DNA from: an uncultured Nitrososphaerales archaeon
GTDB lineage: Archaea; Thermoproteota; Nitrososphaeria; Nitrososphaerales; Nitrososphaeraceae
Length of the DNA stretch: 30,696 nucleotides
Assembly (NCBI GenBank): GCA_963709405.1
Contig: CAVPXM010000091.1
Location: forward strand, 1-30,696
Direction: 5' to 3'
The translations under genes and the position numbers were made by a program. Below the pieces are notes generated by a model. It saw nothing but the letters and a program-made list of their open reading frames with translations. It was not told the origin of the DNA and ran no database searches. Positions 29,998 to 30,696 of the stretch are shown here, piece by piece; position 1 is the stretch's first letter; the number at the start of each line of letters is the position of its first letter.

Positions 29998-30696
29998 TCA
30001 CATGAACAAGCTATCCCTCTCACAAGATAGAGTATGGAATGCAAAACCTTTTTCAGGGTGGGTTATATACCTTTGAAAATCGATAACTGCATTTTCCAAG
30101 ACTTCATTTAGCTGGACCAGTTCCTTGGTTAATTTGAGGGATTGATTTTCGATTCTTGTTACGTCTAGCAAATCTTCTGTTAGTCCCCGTAATCGCTTTG
30201 CATTCCGGTTAATAATGTCTAATAACTCTGCTTGTTCCTTGTCATTTGTCCTAGAAAGTACAACTTCAGTCAATCCGAGTATTGGTTGTATTGGTGTTCT
30301 CAATTCGTGTGCTGCTATATTGATAAATTCTTGCTCTGTTTGTCGCGAGTTTTTAATTGTTCATTTGCTCTTTCAAAGAGCAGATTTGCTTTCTTTAGTT
30401 GTTCAGATAACTCGGTCTGCTCCCAAAGCAATTCAAAAATAGATTTAAATGATTCAACACTTTGTCTGCTGTTCGAATATATACTAAAACCGATTGCTTG
30501 TGAAAATTCTCGAGCATCAGGATCCTTAAGCTCACTCTTAAGAATCTAATACTGTCCACTATAAACATGCCAGAAGTTGAATTCGCACCATTTAGGATCT
30601 TAATATGCGGCGCACAAGTCACTATTTGTTGAATAATATTTGAATTTTTGGCAGAAATTGGACAGATTATCTTTACCATTGTACTATATTCACGCT
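29998..30696 (-). pseudogene. Sensor histidine kinase pseudogene (HisKA domain; two frameshifts; HATPase domain missing; 5' end probably outside window)
   Basis: Joined frames read ...FIVDSIRFLR / ELKDPDAREFSQAIGFSIYSNSRQSVESFKSIFELLWEQTEL...QLKTRDK / QEFINIAAHELRTPIQPILG...NAKRLRGLTEDLLDVTRIE. Single-base deletions near 30535 and 30335; stop at 29998 before the N box. Confidence 0.88.

Overview
AT-rich archaeal chromosome segment whose protein content points to an ammonia-oxidising archaeon of the Nitrososphaerota (Thaumarchaeota), probably a soil Nitrososphaeraceae lineage. The evidence is archaeal EF-1alpha/uS10, FBP aldolase/phosphatase, PolB1, CdvC/ESCRT-III, Nob1 and thaumarchaeal-style P-II, histidine kinase and integrase sequences. 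The left ~5 kb is accessory: a secreted CHRD-domain protein with a perfect 57-bp tandem repeat encoding N-glycosylation sequons, a SHOCT protein, a SnoaL-like protein, a decayed isochorismatase and mscL. The core block (5.5-28.5 kb) holds tpiA, fbp, a ureohydrolase, a CBS-C2H2 protein, polB, tatC, a PH-domain protein, rpsJ, tuf, a cupin, ileS, ppa, cdvC, a CdvB/Snf7 paralog, a TrmB regulator, nnrD, nob1, NAD kinase and tRNA-Ile(GAT). Four core genes (tpiA, polB, ileS, cdvC) are each split by exactly one extra base. This is most likely a sequencing or assembly indel artefact, but the cdvC break falls in the MIT/AAA linker and the polB break sits on a stop codon. Directly after tRNA-Ile lies a heavily decayed tyrosine-integrase relic missed by the ORF track, followed by a divergent orphan P-II gene and a broken histidine kinase, i.e. 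the edge of an old integrated element. No CRISPR array or rRNA is present, and I cannot establish a clearly new multi-gene system from sequence alone.
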